Positions 13,184 through 26,496 of a stretch of DNA of 64,000 nt are shown here, piece by piece (positions within the stretch are counted from its first letter, which is position 1; every line of letters starts with the position of its first letter). The position numbers were made by a program, and so were the translations under genes. The stretch is taken from contig OX597814.1 in assembly GCA_951406725.2 (NCBI GenBank), positions 53,630,001-53,694,000 on the forward strand, in the 5' to 3' direction. Source of the DNA: Octopus vulgaris (Eukaryota). The notes beneath the pieces are model-generated. The model had not been told where the DNA came from and did no database searches. It saw nothing but the letters and a program-made list of their open reading frames with translations.

Positions 13184-13730
13184 TGTTCCTTCTAAAGCAT
13201 GAAATTGTTGCCCTTGAACAAGAGACTTCACATTCCTCCAGACTACGCCAAGTCACTCATATGTTTATCTGTTTGGTTTTCCACCAGAATTAAGAGATAA
13301 TGTTCGTTCAACAACCAAAAATGTGCAAGCAATAAAAAATTCCTTTTGTGCTGCTAGGATTTCAGTCGCATAATAAACACACTTCTAACTGGTTGTTGAG
13401 TTTCTTTGCAAGAGAACGAAACCATGAGGGAAATTTATTCCCTTTCATGCTAGTTCTCGTGTTAGTATATTAAATTAATAGAAGACACCATATTTTTTTT
13501 TCTAGTTAATTTAGTCTCAACTAAAACAATATACGTGTGAGTGCATGTAGGTGAGCGTGTTTGTGTGTGTGTGTATGTATGTATTCTTGTGCATGTCTCT
13601 GCATATATACATACACATATTTTTACATATATATATATATATATATACGTACATTTTATACATGCACTTATCTACATAGATAGATAGATACATACATATA
13701 TACACATACATACATACATACATACATACA

Positions 13731-13762
<32 letters not shown>

Positions 13763-14859
13763 CATACACATATTCATATATGCATGTGTGTGTGTGTGTG
13801 TGTGTGTATGTGTGTGTGTGTGTGTGTGTGTGCGTGTGTGTGTGTGTGCATGTGTTTGGGTGAGACGCCATTTGTAATTAGCAGTCTATAAAATATACTG
13901 ACACAATTTTATCAGAAGGCAATAAGGAATTATAGAAAAGAGATGGATGCTGATACACATGAAGGCAAAAATATATCACAGCCCATTCTTCTAATTTAAT
14001 TTCTTTCTCGATTGATACTGATATAGACTATCGGTTTGTTTATTGTTGTTATTGATTAACCTTATTTGTTAAGTTCAGAAACAGCTATAGCAGTCATATC
14101 TCTTTTGCTTATTTCCGTCCTGTACTGTACTGAGCGTCATTTCGTCTGCGGGCGGTTTTAGTAACCAATCGGTTTTTTCTATCGTCGCTCATATCTTTTC
14201 CATTTCTGAAAAAAAAAAACCGAGCTTGTGAGTGGTCCACCAAAATACCTTTACATAGTGGAACTTAAGCGATTCCGATTGAAAGAGAGAGAAAGAAGTA
14301 TTGATCTTGACTGATACTTTATTTATCTATCCCACAGCTTGGCAGAATTTGAACCCAGAGCTCGTAAACTCAGCACAAATACTTACAAAGAACCCAACTC
14401 TTTCAGAAATTCTGCTAAATCATCACATTGTCAGCGAAAGAAAATAAATATATTATCGATTTCTAACATAGACAATAGGCCGTCAATTCGAGGTAGAAGT
14501 AGAGTCGATTAATAACAATAACAATATTTCACTAACAATTGTTTTTTTAACAACTAAGGGTAACAGTAGGGCCGACCTCGGTGAGGTTTAAACACAGTAC
14601 TTAAAAGGCGATAAACACATGCGGCAAAATATTTTGGTCGACGTTTTCATAATACTTCCAATCAACCGCGGTGTTCGGTAAATTATGAAAAGATAATGAA
14701 TGTTACAGGATTTATTATAACGCAATAATACCACCTAGATAAATACAATATCAATAGAATTGACTTCTTTAATAAAAATAATTCTATAATAATTCAATAA
14801 AGGAATATACAAGAGAAAAAATTCATGATTTATGTGCTATCAATGTATAAATAGATTAA

Positions 14860-16177
14860 TCTCTTATTATAAAAGGCAGATTTTATCTGCCTCCCTTTGG
14901 GAGTTATACAAATCTACAATATAGGATTTCTTCAATTACAATTTACCTTGCATTTTTAAGAGTACAATGCATCGCGTCATGCCAGGTCCAGTTTTTAAAA
15001 TTTAAACTCCAATTAAGCAAAATTTACAGAAAACTCACATTCTGGTGTGTGTGTCAAATGCTTTTCTTAGTCTGGTTTACAGCACACGCAAACGCACACA
15101 CACAGTGGGCAACGAATAAAATGAAAGTAATTGACTTACTGTAGTGAGTGATTCTTTCACTCTGCCTCCCACTTCCTCTTTCCACACATTGACACGCAAA
15201 TATATAAATAAAATTGTAAGCTAACGTGCGTGTGTGTGAGTGGGTGTGTGTGGGTGTGCGCGTGTGTGTGTGTGTGTGAGGGTGCGTGTGTGTGTGTGTG
15301 TGTGTGTGTGCGTGTGCGTGAGTGTGTGACAGGAAAGTTTTTTACGACGAATATAACACCTATATCCAAGTAGCAGAAAGATAAGACAGTAAGGTGTGAT
15401 TTGAGGGAGATTTGGCTGCTATTTCTACCATGTCTAGCTGCCATGTAGGGGTCTCCCTCATAGGCTCATACATACATATATACATAGATAAGACAGTAAG
15501 GTGTGATTTGGGGGAAATTTGGCTGCTATTTCTACCAGGTCTAGCTGCCATGTAGGGGTCTCCCTCATAGGCTCATACATACATATATACATAGATAAGA
15601 CAGTAAGGTGTGATTTGGGGGAAATTTGGCTGCTATTTCTACCAGGTCTAGCTGCCATGTAGGGGTCTCCCTCATAGGCTCATACATACATATATACATA
15701 GATAAGACAGTAAGGTGTGATTTGGGGGAAATTTGGCTGCTATTTCTACCAGGTCTAGCTACCATGTAGAGGTCCCCCTCATTGGCTCATATATATATAC
15801 ATACATAAGACAGTAAGGTGTGATTTGAGGGAGATTTGGCTGCTGTTTCTACCAGGTCTGTTAGGCCTTCTCATGTAAACTCAAGCTTTCTCATGCCTTG
15901 AACATAAGACCAAAGCAGAGAATGTATTCTTTTATTCTTCTGCTTTTTCCAGCCATTGGTCTGTGGCCATGCTGGGGCAATGCCTTGAAGAATTGTAGTT
16001 TAATGAATCAACTCGTTTTATTTTTGTAAGCATTGTACTTATTCTATCTGTTTCCTTTGTCAAACCACTAGGTGACAGGGATGTAAACAAACCAACATTC
16101 GTTGTCAAGCAGTGGTGGAGGACAATCACAAGCACAGACACGCACACACACACACATACATGCATACACATATACAC

Positions 16178-16208
<31 letters not shown>

Positions 16209-16254
16209 TATGTGTGTATATATATATATTGCAGCGTGGAAGGTGTTTGTAAGC
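14860..16254 (+). mobile_element. Helitron-headed composite segment, near-identical to 24351-25702
   Basis: Begins A|TCTCTTATTATAAAAG (Helitron 5' TC). Carries the 107-bp minisatellite, a SINE-A fragment and the first ~26 nt of a Penelope pLTR. Confidence 0.7.
15379..15860. repeat. 107-bp minisatellite, about 4.5 units
   Basis: Unit AGATAAGACAGTAAGGTGTGATTTGGGGGAAATTTGGCTGC... starts at 15379, 15486, 15593, 15700 and ~15804. Confidence 0.9.
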
Positions 16255-17685
16255 TTCAGTAAAGAAGCATCAGTCAATGCCGTTTGACAATTTGACTTCG
16301 AAATGTTAATACATAGCACCTCGGCGTCACAACTCCAATCTGGTTACAAGTTTTTTAACCACATATATAAATAGCTGAATGTTGCTAGACGAACGCAGAT
16401 GATGTGTTGGAATAACAAGTTGACCATAAAATTTTATTTAATGTGAGTGAACCAGCAAGCCGTTGTTTTCTGTCTCTGCTATTTTTGTTATTGATCGCTT
16501 CCGAATCTTAAATTGTCTAAACGTTGATATTTGTTTTAAGCTTTAATACTGAATTATGGCTTATAATTGTCTATTAAGATTGATTTCATAGTCATTCTAT
16601 GTAAAATAGTCGTGTTTCTTATCTCTTCCAACTTGTTTTCTCGTTGTCGGTATATTCTCTGGTCCTCCCGGACGAATCGACGAGTAGAGTGTCAATCGGT
16701 CCTCATTTCTGCGGAATACCTCCTCATCTGCCGTGAGACTATTGGGCGGCTTTTATGCTAGCTCCTGTGGGGGGCTCTTCATTGGGACTCGGGCCCAACA
16801 ATGACACTTCATGCATTGAGTACATATTAAATTTTATTAAACTTGACCAATAATTTTGAAGCAATGAACAATTTTCATCAAAACAATGATATAATTTGTC
16901 GACTTGGAACTTATTGCAAAACTGCATGATAAACAATATTTTTGTCTTCCCATTCGGGGGTCAATACAATTTTTCTATCTAACTTCTTTCTTTCTCTTTC
17001 TCTTTTTCTGCTGATTGTTTTCAACCATCACCATCACCGTACCACCACCATCGCCATCATAACTGCCATACACACACCATTCAGACTTATGACGCCACCA
17101 CTATCAATACGTTTGGCTTCGCTGCCTTCCCCTCCACCACCATCACCATCACCACTGTCTTTCACCTTGCTTACTATCACCGTCATCCCTGACCGCCTCG
17201 GCTACTACCACCACTACCACCATCATCACAGTCGCTCCGCCTCTATCACAACTACATCTCATACTATTACTAACACCCCTTTACTATCACAACCGTCAAT
17301 CTACTACTACCCTCACCGTCTCTATGCCTACTATTACGCTCACCCAACATGAGCAATAGTAGAAATGTCATTGAATAATGAGAGAGGGGGTCAAAATGTG
17401 ATACACTGACACAGAGAAATTCGTTTGGCATTTATTATTATAGATATATATAAATCTTGCTATCTATACATGTGTGCGCATGTGTGTATGTTTGTGTATG
17501 CATACAGAAATATGTGTGGGTGCGTGTGTGTATGTGTGTACATGGTCTAGTCGTTATGACATTGAGCTCATGATCATCGTGAAGTCTTGGTCTAAATTTC
17601 TGCCCTACATTTCACGTTGCACCAGAAATCTGTACCAATGAAGTGCTGGAGGATGAGCAAGCAGGACCATCAGAGTTTATTAAAG

Positions 17686-18225
17686 CGCGACACAAAATGT
17701 TTGCTACTATTAGATGAAATTGTGCTCATAGGTAATTTGGGAGCGCTGATTCCGATCTGCAATCATTTTTGCTCTTGCACATCATGTTTTTGCGCTATCA
17801 TTATTATACTGCAATCAAAATTACAATAATGTGAAAATTCATGACAAATAAAATGAATGTTATGTTAAGCGTAAATTCCGTTATTTGGTATAAGAACAAT
17901 AACATCTAGGTGGACAAGTAGCTCTAAAAATCAACAAAACACAAAACAAAAGTGTAAAGTCAATATTATTAATTTTATGTTTTTCAAAAATAGCTTTGGC
18001 GTCTTCTTTTATGCTTATGTTTCATGTCCGTTTCTCATTTTAAAAAAACAGCAGTTGTCCGCCAGCATACTTGGTGTAAGTCTGCCACTGTAGCGGCTTT
18101 CTAGCTCTTTGATTCCTTGATGAAATCGTTCACCATGCTCATTGCTTACATCACCCATATTGGGTGGGAAAAAGTCAAGATGAGAATGGAGAAAATGAAT
18201 TTTTAGAAACATTAGGGGCCTGCGA
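17686..18225 (-). mobile_element. Chapaev3 3' fragment
   Basis: KIHFLHSHLDFFPPNMGDVSNEHGERFHQGIKELESRYSGR..MLADNC, followed by a TIR-like end at ~17690-17790. Confidence 0.8.
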
Positions 18226-19473
18226 AAAAACACAGAATCGAATCAAACTGTTTGAAATAATACATTTAACTCCTACTAAATGTGTTGAGTACCCTTTTCT
18301 TTCATTTGTCCACTCATTTGTATTTATTTATTTATATATTTATTTACATAAACACTCAGAGACATAAATACATATTTATGTACGTATTTACGTACGTATA
18401 CATAACGTATATATTCATATCTATAGACATATCTATATATACAGACACACACGCACACATGTATATATGCATACACATGCACAAATACATGCTCGTATAC
18501 ATACATATCTACAAACACGCATACATGCAAACATGCATACAAACATACATACATGGATACATACATACATACATACATACATACACACACACATACATAC
18601 ATACACATACATAATGCATAAATTCATACATACATAAATACATACATACATACATCCATACATACATGCAGCCATACATACATACATCCATACATACATT
18701 CATACATACATGTATACATGCATACATGCATGCATACATGCATACATGCATACTTGCATACATACATACATACATACATACATACATACATACATACATA
18801 CATACATACATACATACATACATACATACATACATACATGCATGCATGCATACATACATACTTGAAGACGGATGATTTAGTGGTTAGCCTGTTGGGATAA
18901 TGATCATAAAGTTGTAGACTAGATTACTAGACTCGTTAGCAAGTTGTGTCTTTGAGAATCATTTCATTTCAAGTTGCTGCGATCTTCTCATCTGGAAACT
19001 AGTTGTCTAGAGATGGAGCTGTCCATCCCCCCCCCCACCTGGCACTTCTTGGTGTTTCACTGGATCAGGGGACGGGGAGATCAAGAGGTTGTCTACGTCT
19101 GCAAGTGACTACATAGGCAATAACAAAAGTATCATACATGTTATTGTATTATTTCTTTAATATAATAATGAAGCAATTTGGCTGTTGTTCTTGGCGGGTG
19201 CATTAATCAACTAGAAGCTCCTTCAAATGTTGCTTTGAGCGCTGATTCAACGACCATATGACCTAATTGCTAATGACAAATTCTTCGTTTTCATTCCGTT
19301 ATAATCATCCACTGATCGGTTGATGGTATCATTCTTGTTTAGCAGCAGTCCGTAATTGAAAAACCAAATCTAATCAATATTGACATCTCACTAAGCACAA
19401 GGAATATTTTTAAAAAGGTTAATTTATTATAGTTAGCAAACTACAGTCGTAGCAAGAAGGATGTGAAAGCGGT

Positions 19474-19768
19474 TACCTGGAAATAGAGGTAACTAGAATG
19501 TGGAACCTGAAAACAGAAACAATTCCTATCATAGTAGGTGCATTAGGCATGATAAAAAAATATTCAGACAAATACATAACAAAAACACCTGGACTTACAA
19601 ACACATATAACATACAGAAAATTGCACTACTAGGCACTGCACACATCCTACGCAGAACACTTTCCATACAATAACCATCAGAGTATCACAACAAATCACA
19701 GCACATACCCAAGGCACACAGAGCTGCGCTCGGTAGTGAAGTGAAAGCACGCTATAAAAATAAAACTA

Positions 19769-19836
<68 letters not shown>
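19474..19836 (+). mobile_element. R4/Dong-clade non-LTR retrotransposon 3' end with a (TAA)n tail
   Basis: LEIEVTRMWNLKTETIPIIVGALGMI...IQKIALLGTAHILRRTL*, then a short 3'UTR and (AAT)n. Confidence 0.8.
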
Positions 19837-19838
<2 letters not shown>

Positions 19839-20508
19839 TATATATATATATATAAACATGTTCAAATGCTTTGCTAACTCGCTTTTGAAATGCGAGAACA
19901 ACCGAGAAAAATGTGATTCTTGCTTGACCTTCATTTTCATTGACACATAGTTGAGAGGTTGGAAGTGGGGACAACATTTCTCTGGCCTAGTATATCTATT
20001 TCTTAAAAAAATGATAGCACCGCGAAAAGAGCCCTTTATTCCGGACGCTGAGAACATTTGCTACGACACAGTAACTAACTCTGTCCCGTGTGCAATACTG
20101 GTACGTATTTTATGAATGACAAAATAAAATTTTCGGTGACATTTACATTCAGAAATACGAGACATCGAATAATATATCAAAACACTAAGTAGTTGTTTAA
20201 TCACCTAGAAATTACACCTAAATGTCCCGCATATCACACCCTATCGTCTTCGAAAGGGAGAGAACACATAAAACAATATAGTCCTAGACGCCTCTTCAAA
20301 AGACGGTGTGATCCTACACTGAATACCTGTGAACAGAGGTCAAATCCGTCAGAGTCTAATCACAACCAACATGATTATGTAATATGCTGTAACATACTTC
20401 TACACTAACTTCGTCATTTCTGCCATAAACCAAGGGGGCTCAACGTCCGTTACACAGAGGAACGGAAGGTGACTAAGTACAATTCCCCGATGAGTAAATT
20501 CTTTTTTC

Positions 20509-21349
20509 GGATCTTTTCCTTTTGAACGGCAGTTTGTAATATAATTTCTAGGTAACTAAAAAGTTTTAAACTTCGTATACTGGTAGAATGTGTTTATAAA
20601 ACATTATTTTCTCTTGGATTTATTGAGAAAATTCTTTAGTTTGTAAGATATTTCGTCTGAAAATCCGAGCATTTCGGCAATTTTAACCAATCGATTACCT
20701 CCATTGAACTAAAATCATTTGCTGCGTCTAAAACTGAGACAACATCCTGTCACTAACCCTAAACCTCCCCCTAACCCTAACCCTAAACCTAACCCTAATT
20801 TTTTTTCTGTTAATTGTTAAATTAATTTAATTGTTACGAGTGTAAAAAAAACTAAAGCAATGGAAAATAATTTAAACAATTAACAAACAAAATAATTCTA
20901 TAATTTTATACACACACTTTCCGTACGTATACGGAAAGCGTGTGTTACGGAAAGCGTGTGTTACGGAAAGCGTCTGTATAAAATTATAGAATTATTTTGT
21001 TTGTTAATTGTTTAAATTATTTTCCATTGCTTTAGTTTTGTTTTTGTTTTTACACGCGTAACAATTAAATTAATTTAACAATTGAGAAGAAAATTTAGGG
21101 TTAGGGGAAGGTTTAGGGTTAGTGACAGGATGTTGTCTCAGTTTTAGACGCAGCAAATGATTTTAGCTCAAAACAGAGCATAGGATTGGTTAAAATTCGA
21201 AAAATTATACTACGTTAAACAAACAAATTGCAATTTTCTCAAGAAAGCCAAGAGAAAAAATGTTTTATTTTGACACATTATACCAGTATACGAAGTTTTA
21301 AAGTGTTTAGTTAACTAGAAATTGTCTGCCGTTCAAAAGGAAAAGATCC
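20509..21349. mobile_element. Fold-back MITE (Merlin-like) with ~400-bp inverted arms and telomere-like repeats
   Basis: Termini GGATCTTTTCCTTTTGAACGGCAG / CTGCCGTTCAAAAGGAAAAGATCC; 8-bp TSD CTTTTTTC/TTTTTTTC (7/8 match); CCCTAA and TTAGGG tracts; 17-bp repeat x3 at the centre. Confidence 0.8.
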
Positions 21350-21381
21350 TTTTTTTCTACTGGTTGAGATCTCCGGCGTCC

Positions 21382-21431
21382 TCAGTCCCTCAAATGCCGA
21401 CCACTTTCATAAAATTGTGATGATGTCGCAC
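21382..21431 (-). CDS. Putative terminal coding exon of an unidentified minus-strand gene: (G)ATSSQFYESGRHLRD*
   Basis: Strong acceptor tttttttctcttttccaacAG; phase 1 matches the end of exon 30906-31030; TGA at 21382-21384. Confidence 0.55.
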
Positions 21432-22477
21432 CTGTTGGAAAAGAGAAAAAAAAGACGAACGGCAAGTAAAGCAGTCGATGCAGCAAATATTGATGATTGC
21501 GCTTTGCGGTAAATTCCTTACAATACTATCCGCAGAGCGTAGGTCAAGAGAAAATACAGTTTTTGCTTGTTTATTGCAATAGAAGACTGGAATAGCTTGA
21601 TGAAAAGCCATCAGACAAACTCATTCTTTTACCTTGCAACGCTGAACATATTAAGTGGCAGCAGCCGCAGCAGTAGTGACAACAACGACAAGAAAACAGT
21701 GTATAATAGACACAAACAATTTAATATTATTGTTGTTATGTAACAGCGGTAACATTAATAAATAAGAAACAATAATAAAAAAAAAGCATCAACAACAACA
21801 AAAACAAACTAAATACAACCAGAAAAGCTGCAACTACAACAACAACAAGAGAAACAACAGCAACAGAAACAGCACTTATATCATCATCATCATCATCATC
21901 ATCTTTACCAATATCATCGTCATCACATCATCAGGATAATTATCATCAGCAATATCATTATCATCATCATCGTCATCGTCATCAATATTTTTATTATCAT
22001 TAACATTTTCATTATCATCTTCGACGTAGTCATCACTATTACTACTACTACTACTATCACCACCACCACCACCACTACCACTACTGCAAGCATCACTAGC
22101 GTTGAGACGATGTGAAAATAAGAAATGGACTGTTACAGTTGACTGTAAGATTATTGATTGCGATAATAATATTGAGTTTAGAGTAAGAGAGCAAGTAACG
22201 AGAAAGAGAGGAAAAAATGTAAAGGAGAGAAAGTGAAAGAAAGAAAGAAAGAAAGAGAAAGTGTATGTATGTATGTATGTATGTATGTATGTATATGTTT
22301 GTGCGTCTGTATTTGTTCCCCTCAATATCGCTTGACAACCGATGCTGGTGTGTTTACGTCCTCGTAACTTAACGCTTACAAAGAATAAGTCCTGCGGTCG
22401 ATTTACTCGACTACAGGCGGTGCTCCAGCATGGCCACAGTCAAATGACTGAAATAAGTAAAAGAGTAAAAAGAGAGA

Positions 22478-22508
<31 letters not shown>

Positions 22509-23936
22509 GTGCGCGTATAACAAAAGTAATATTTGAGGATGGGCAAAGACGGAGAGAGAGAGAGAGAAAGCGATTACTATGGTCATATTGAGATGTGTAG
22601 GAAGGAAGTAACACATACACACATCAGACACGTCAAGCACAAAGTCACATTCTGTATGCATACATTTATGAGAAATAAATGGATAGAAAGTGGATGTGTA
22701 AGTGGGAGGATGAAATTGAACGAAGTTAAATGAATGGAAAGTACAAACAGAAGAGCAAGGTAAAAAAAAAAATTAAGAAAAAGTAGGAATTAAAAGGGGA
22801 TAACATTTTTGAATGCTTATGAAATATTTTACGTCAATTCAGATAAATGGAAGCTGCATATTCAGTTATTAAATACGAATATTAAGACACTCTTCAGTCT
22901 TTCTAACAACTCTCTCCTCTCCTCCTCTCCTCTCCTCACCTCTCCTCTCCTCTCCTTTCCTTTCTCTCTTTCTCCCTCCCTGCTTCTGGCTCCTCTTTCA
23001 ATACATACATGCACACACTATATAATATGTGTGTGTGTACTTATATATATATATATGTGTGTGTGTATAATGTATATATCTTCTCTTTAGATTTACATAG
23101 CATTCACGCCTTTACCAGATGTTACCTAACCACGATGCCACCATATCATTTATGTTTTCTTTGTTTAATTTTTTTTTTTTTTTGTGAATGGATATTCTTT
23201 TTATTAGAGGTCACTTCCAACGTGGCAGGAAGCAAGCAATGATAAAACAGACCTCAAACAACCATTGACTATGTTGGGAGCTATGAAAGAAACAGAAATG
23301 AGATGGGGAAAAATCAAAAAGGAGAGGGAAAAAAAATCTAATTCAAAGCTAACCTAAGAAACAAAATGACCGACACGAGATTTAAAGAATTACGATCGGT
23401 TTTATCTGGGAAATAAGAAGAAAATCTTTCAAGCTGCTCCATTTATAGAACACTTGTATAAGCTCGCGCGCGCATTCGTTCGCACACACACACACACACA
23501 CACACATACTCAAGTATTTATGAACAATATTTATTTATAGAAATATATTCATATATACACGCACACAAGCGATATTACACACAAGTGATATTATACGTCT
23601 GATGATGTAAGATTATAAGGCACATACACTGAAATGCGAGCGACTGACTGCTTGCATGGAAATGCACCATCTGCACATCAATCCTTGAAACAGCTGTAAG
23701 GAGCTACCCGGTCATCTCTTTCTTCTCATCTACCTTTGGATTCTACTTACGATGACCAGATTTACCTGCTATCTAATATCACTAATATAGACTTATCTTA
23801 TAACTGTTTCAGGGACATACCAATATATATCACAATTATTATGAACATTCTTCAAATAATGACTTCTTGCCATCTGAACTCTAGTAACATTCATTTCTAC
23901 CCTCAAGTTTTTCAAATGTGTGCGCGTGTGTGTGTA

Positions 23937-23997
<61 letters not shown>

Positions 23998-24350
23998 GCA
24001 TACACACACTCACCCACACATATATGTACATCACACATATACACAGCTGTGCACAAATACATTAATGTCATAATCTGACCTAATTCCATTTGTATGCCTG
24101 TTTATGCCTTCATTCTATTATGCATACATACATACACACATACATACACACATACATACATACATACATACATACATACATACATACATACATACATACA
24201 TACATACATACATACATACATACATTTATGTACATATCCTTAAGTTTGGATAACGAAACGGAGGTAAAGTAATATCTTCACATGACGTACTTCTACTACT
24301 GCTGCGCGAGACTCCAAAACGCTCTGTGTCGTCATCAACGATAATCGTTA

Positions 24351-24728
24351 TCTCTTATTATAAAAGGCAGATTTTATCTGCCTCCCTTTGGGAGTTATAC
24401 AAATCTACAATATAGGATTTCTTCAATTACAATTTACCTTGCAATTTTAAGAGTACAATGCATCGCGTCATGCCAGGTCCAGTTTTTAAAATTTAAACTC
24501 CAATTAAGCAAAATTTACAGAAAACTCACATTCTGGTGTGTGTGTCAAATGCTTTTCTTAGTCTGGTTTACACCACACGCAAACGCACACACACAGTGGG
24601 CAGCGTATAAAATGAAAGTAATTTACTTACTGTAGTGAGTGATTCTTTCACTCTGCCTCCCACTTCCTCTTTCAACACAGACACGCAAATATATAAATAA
24701 AATTGTAAGCTAACGTGCGTGTGTGTGA

Positions 24729-24767
<39 letters not shown>

Positions 24768-24772
24768 TGAGG

Positions 24773-24809
<37 letters not shown>

Positions 24810-25702
24810 AGTGTGTGACAGGAAAGTTTTTTACGACGAATATAAGTAGCAGAAAGATAAGACAGTAAGGTGTGATTTGAGGGAGATTTGGCTGCTATTT
24901 CTACCATGTCTAGCTGCCATGTAGGGGTCTCCCTCATAGGCTCATACATACATATATACATAGATAAGACAGTAAGGTGTGATTTGGGGGAAATTTGGCT
25001 GCTATTTCTACCAGGTCTAGCTATCATGTAGGGGTCTCCCTCATAGGCTCATACATACATATATACATAGATAAGACAGTAAGGTGTGATTTGGGGGAAA
25101 TTTGGCTGCTATTTCTACCAGGTCTAGCTGCCATGTAGGGGTCTCCCTCATAGGCTCATACATACATATATACATAGATAAGACAGTAAGGTGTGATTTG
25201 GGGGAAATTTGGCTGCTATTTCTACCAGGTCTAGCTACCATGTAGAGGTCCCCCTCATTGGCTCATATATATATACATACATAAGACAGTAAGGTGTGAT
25301 TTGAGGGAGATTTGGCTGCTGTTTCTACCAGGTCTGTTAGGCCTTCTCATGTAAACTCAAGCTTTCTTATGCCTTGAACATAAGACCAAAGCAGAGAATG
25401 TATTCTTTTATTCTTCTGCTTTTTCCAGCCATTGGTCTGTGGCCATGCTGGGGCAATGCCTTGAAGAATTGTAGTTTAATGAATCAACTCCAGTTTTATT
25501 TTTGTAAGCATTGTACTTATTCTATCTGTTTCCTTTGTCAAACCACTAGGTGACAGGGATGTAAACAAACCAACATTCGTTGTCAAGCAGTGGTGGAGGA
25601 CAATCACAAGCACAGACACGCACACACACACACATACATGCATACATACATATATATATATGTGTGTATATATATATTGCAGCGTGGAAGGTGTTTGTAA
25701 GC
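24351..25702 (+). mobile_element. Helitron-headed composite segment, probable donor of 14860-16254; includes the 107-bp minisatellite at 24855-25337
   Basis: Same A|TC start and same internal order; continues seamlessly into a longer Penelope pLTR. Confidence 0.7.
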
Positions 25703-25935
25703 CATTTAAGAAACACACAAAAACCGTTACATTCACTTCAACATTTAAATTTCATTTGCCAAAATATTTTCGTCGCTTTGAGACCGCGACCTGTTCACTG
25801 ACAAAAATATCGTGCTAACAGGTCGCGGTCTCAAAGCGACGAAAATATTTTGACAAATTAAATTTAAATGTTGAAGTGAATCTAACGGTTTTTGTGTGTT
25901 TCTTAAATGGCTTATAAACACCTTCAACGCTGCAA
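25677..25935. repeat. 119-bp inverted repeat of a Penelope-type pseudo-LTR (21-nt spacer)
   Basis: 25677-25795 versus 25817-25935. The same sequence follows the Penelope ORF at 61147-61262. Confidence 0.8.
25755..25806 (-). ncRNA. Type I hammerhead-ribozyme-like motif with a G3:C8 core
   Basis: TTTGTCA-GTGAACA-G-GTCGC-GGTCTCAAA-GCGAC-GAAA-ATAT-TT-TGGCAAA: stem I 7 bp (one G-U), stem II 5 bp, palindromic stem III AATATT. Confidence 0.6.
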
Positions 25936-26101
25936 CTGTTTTCGTTCCAGCACACGATCTCAGATCAAGTCACTTGCTATGCAAGTACATCTCTGTAACT
26001 ATTTATACATTTATATATATATATATATATATGTATATTGTTAAAAACAGTAAGATAACAAAAGAAAGAAAGAGACCTCAATATTATGTAAATAGAAGAA
26101 A

Positions 26102-26496
26102 TCTTTATATATAAAAGTGAGGCTGTGTGTCTGTCTCCTACGATTTAGATTCCTAACTACTCCCACATTTTGCGGTGCAGTTTAACCAAAACCGGGTATC
26201 TTATAGTCGTGATTCATATCGAGACCGTCTGGGTATTAGCGCGCGTCTACGATGAGTCTACGATTTAAAAAAAAAATTACCATCAATTTTTCCCATTTTT
26301 AATCCATTTTTGACATATATAAGGGAAGTAACTCTCTAAAATTTATTATTAAATCTCAGAACGTAAAAAGCTACAGTAACACCCCTCCCCCTTTGTGGTT
26401 AGCCATATTGAGATGGCTATTATACTTTACATCTCTAAAAATGCTTATATAATTATTTCCCTTACAAACCCGAGCAACGCCGGGCGATACTGCTAG
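26102..26496 (+). mobile_element. Complete non-autonomous Helitron
   Basis: A|TCTTTATATATAAAAG at the 5' end; hairpin CCCGAGCAACGCCGGG, then CTAG|T at the 3' end. Confidence 0.9.

Noticed and set aside
15379-15860. Regularly spaced repeats resembling a CRISPR array
   Set aside because: Whole units are near-identical with no unique spacers, and the context is eukaryotic.
16690-16740. Minus-strand CAGATGA...GAAA hammerhead-like string
   Set aside because: Core, stem II and cleavage triplet are all broken.
20752-20798. Telomere or fusion scar
   Set aside because: Short CCCTAA tracts are mirrored inside the MITE arms.
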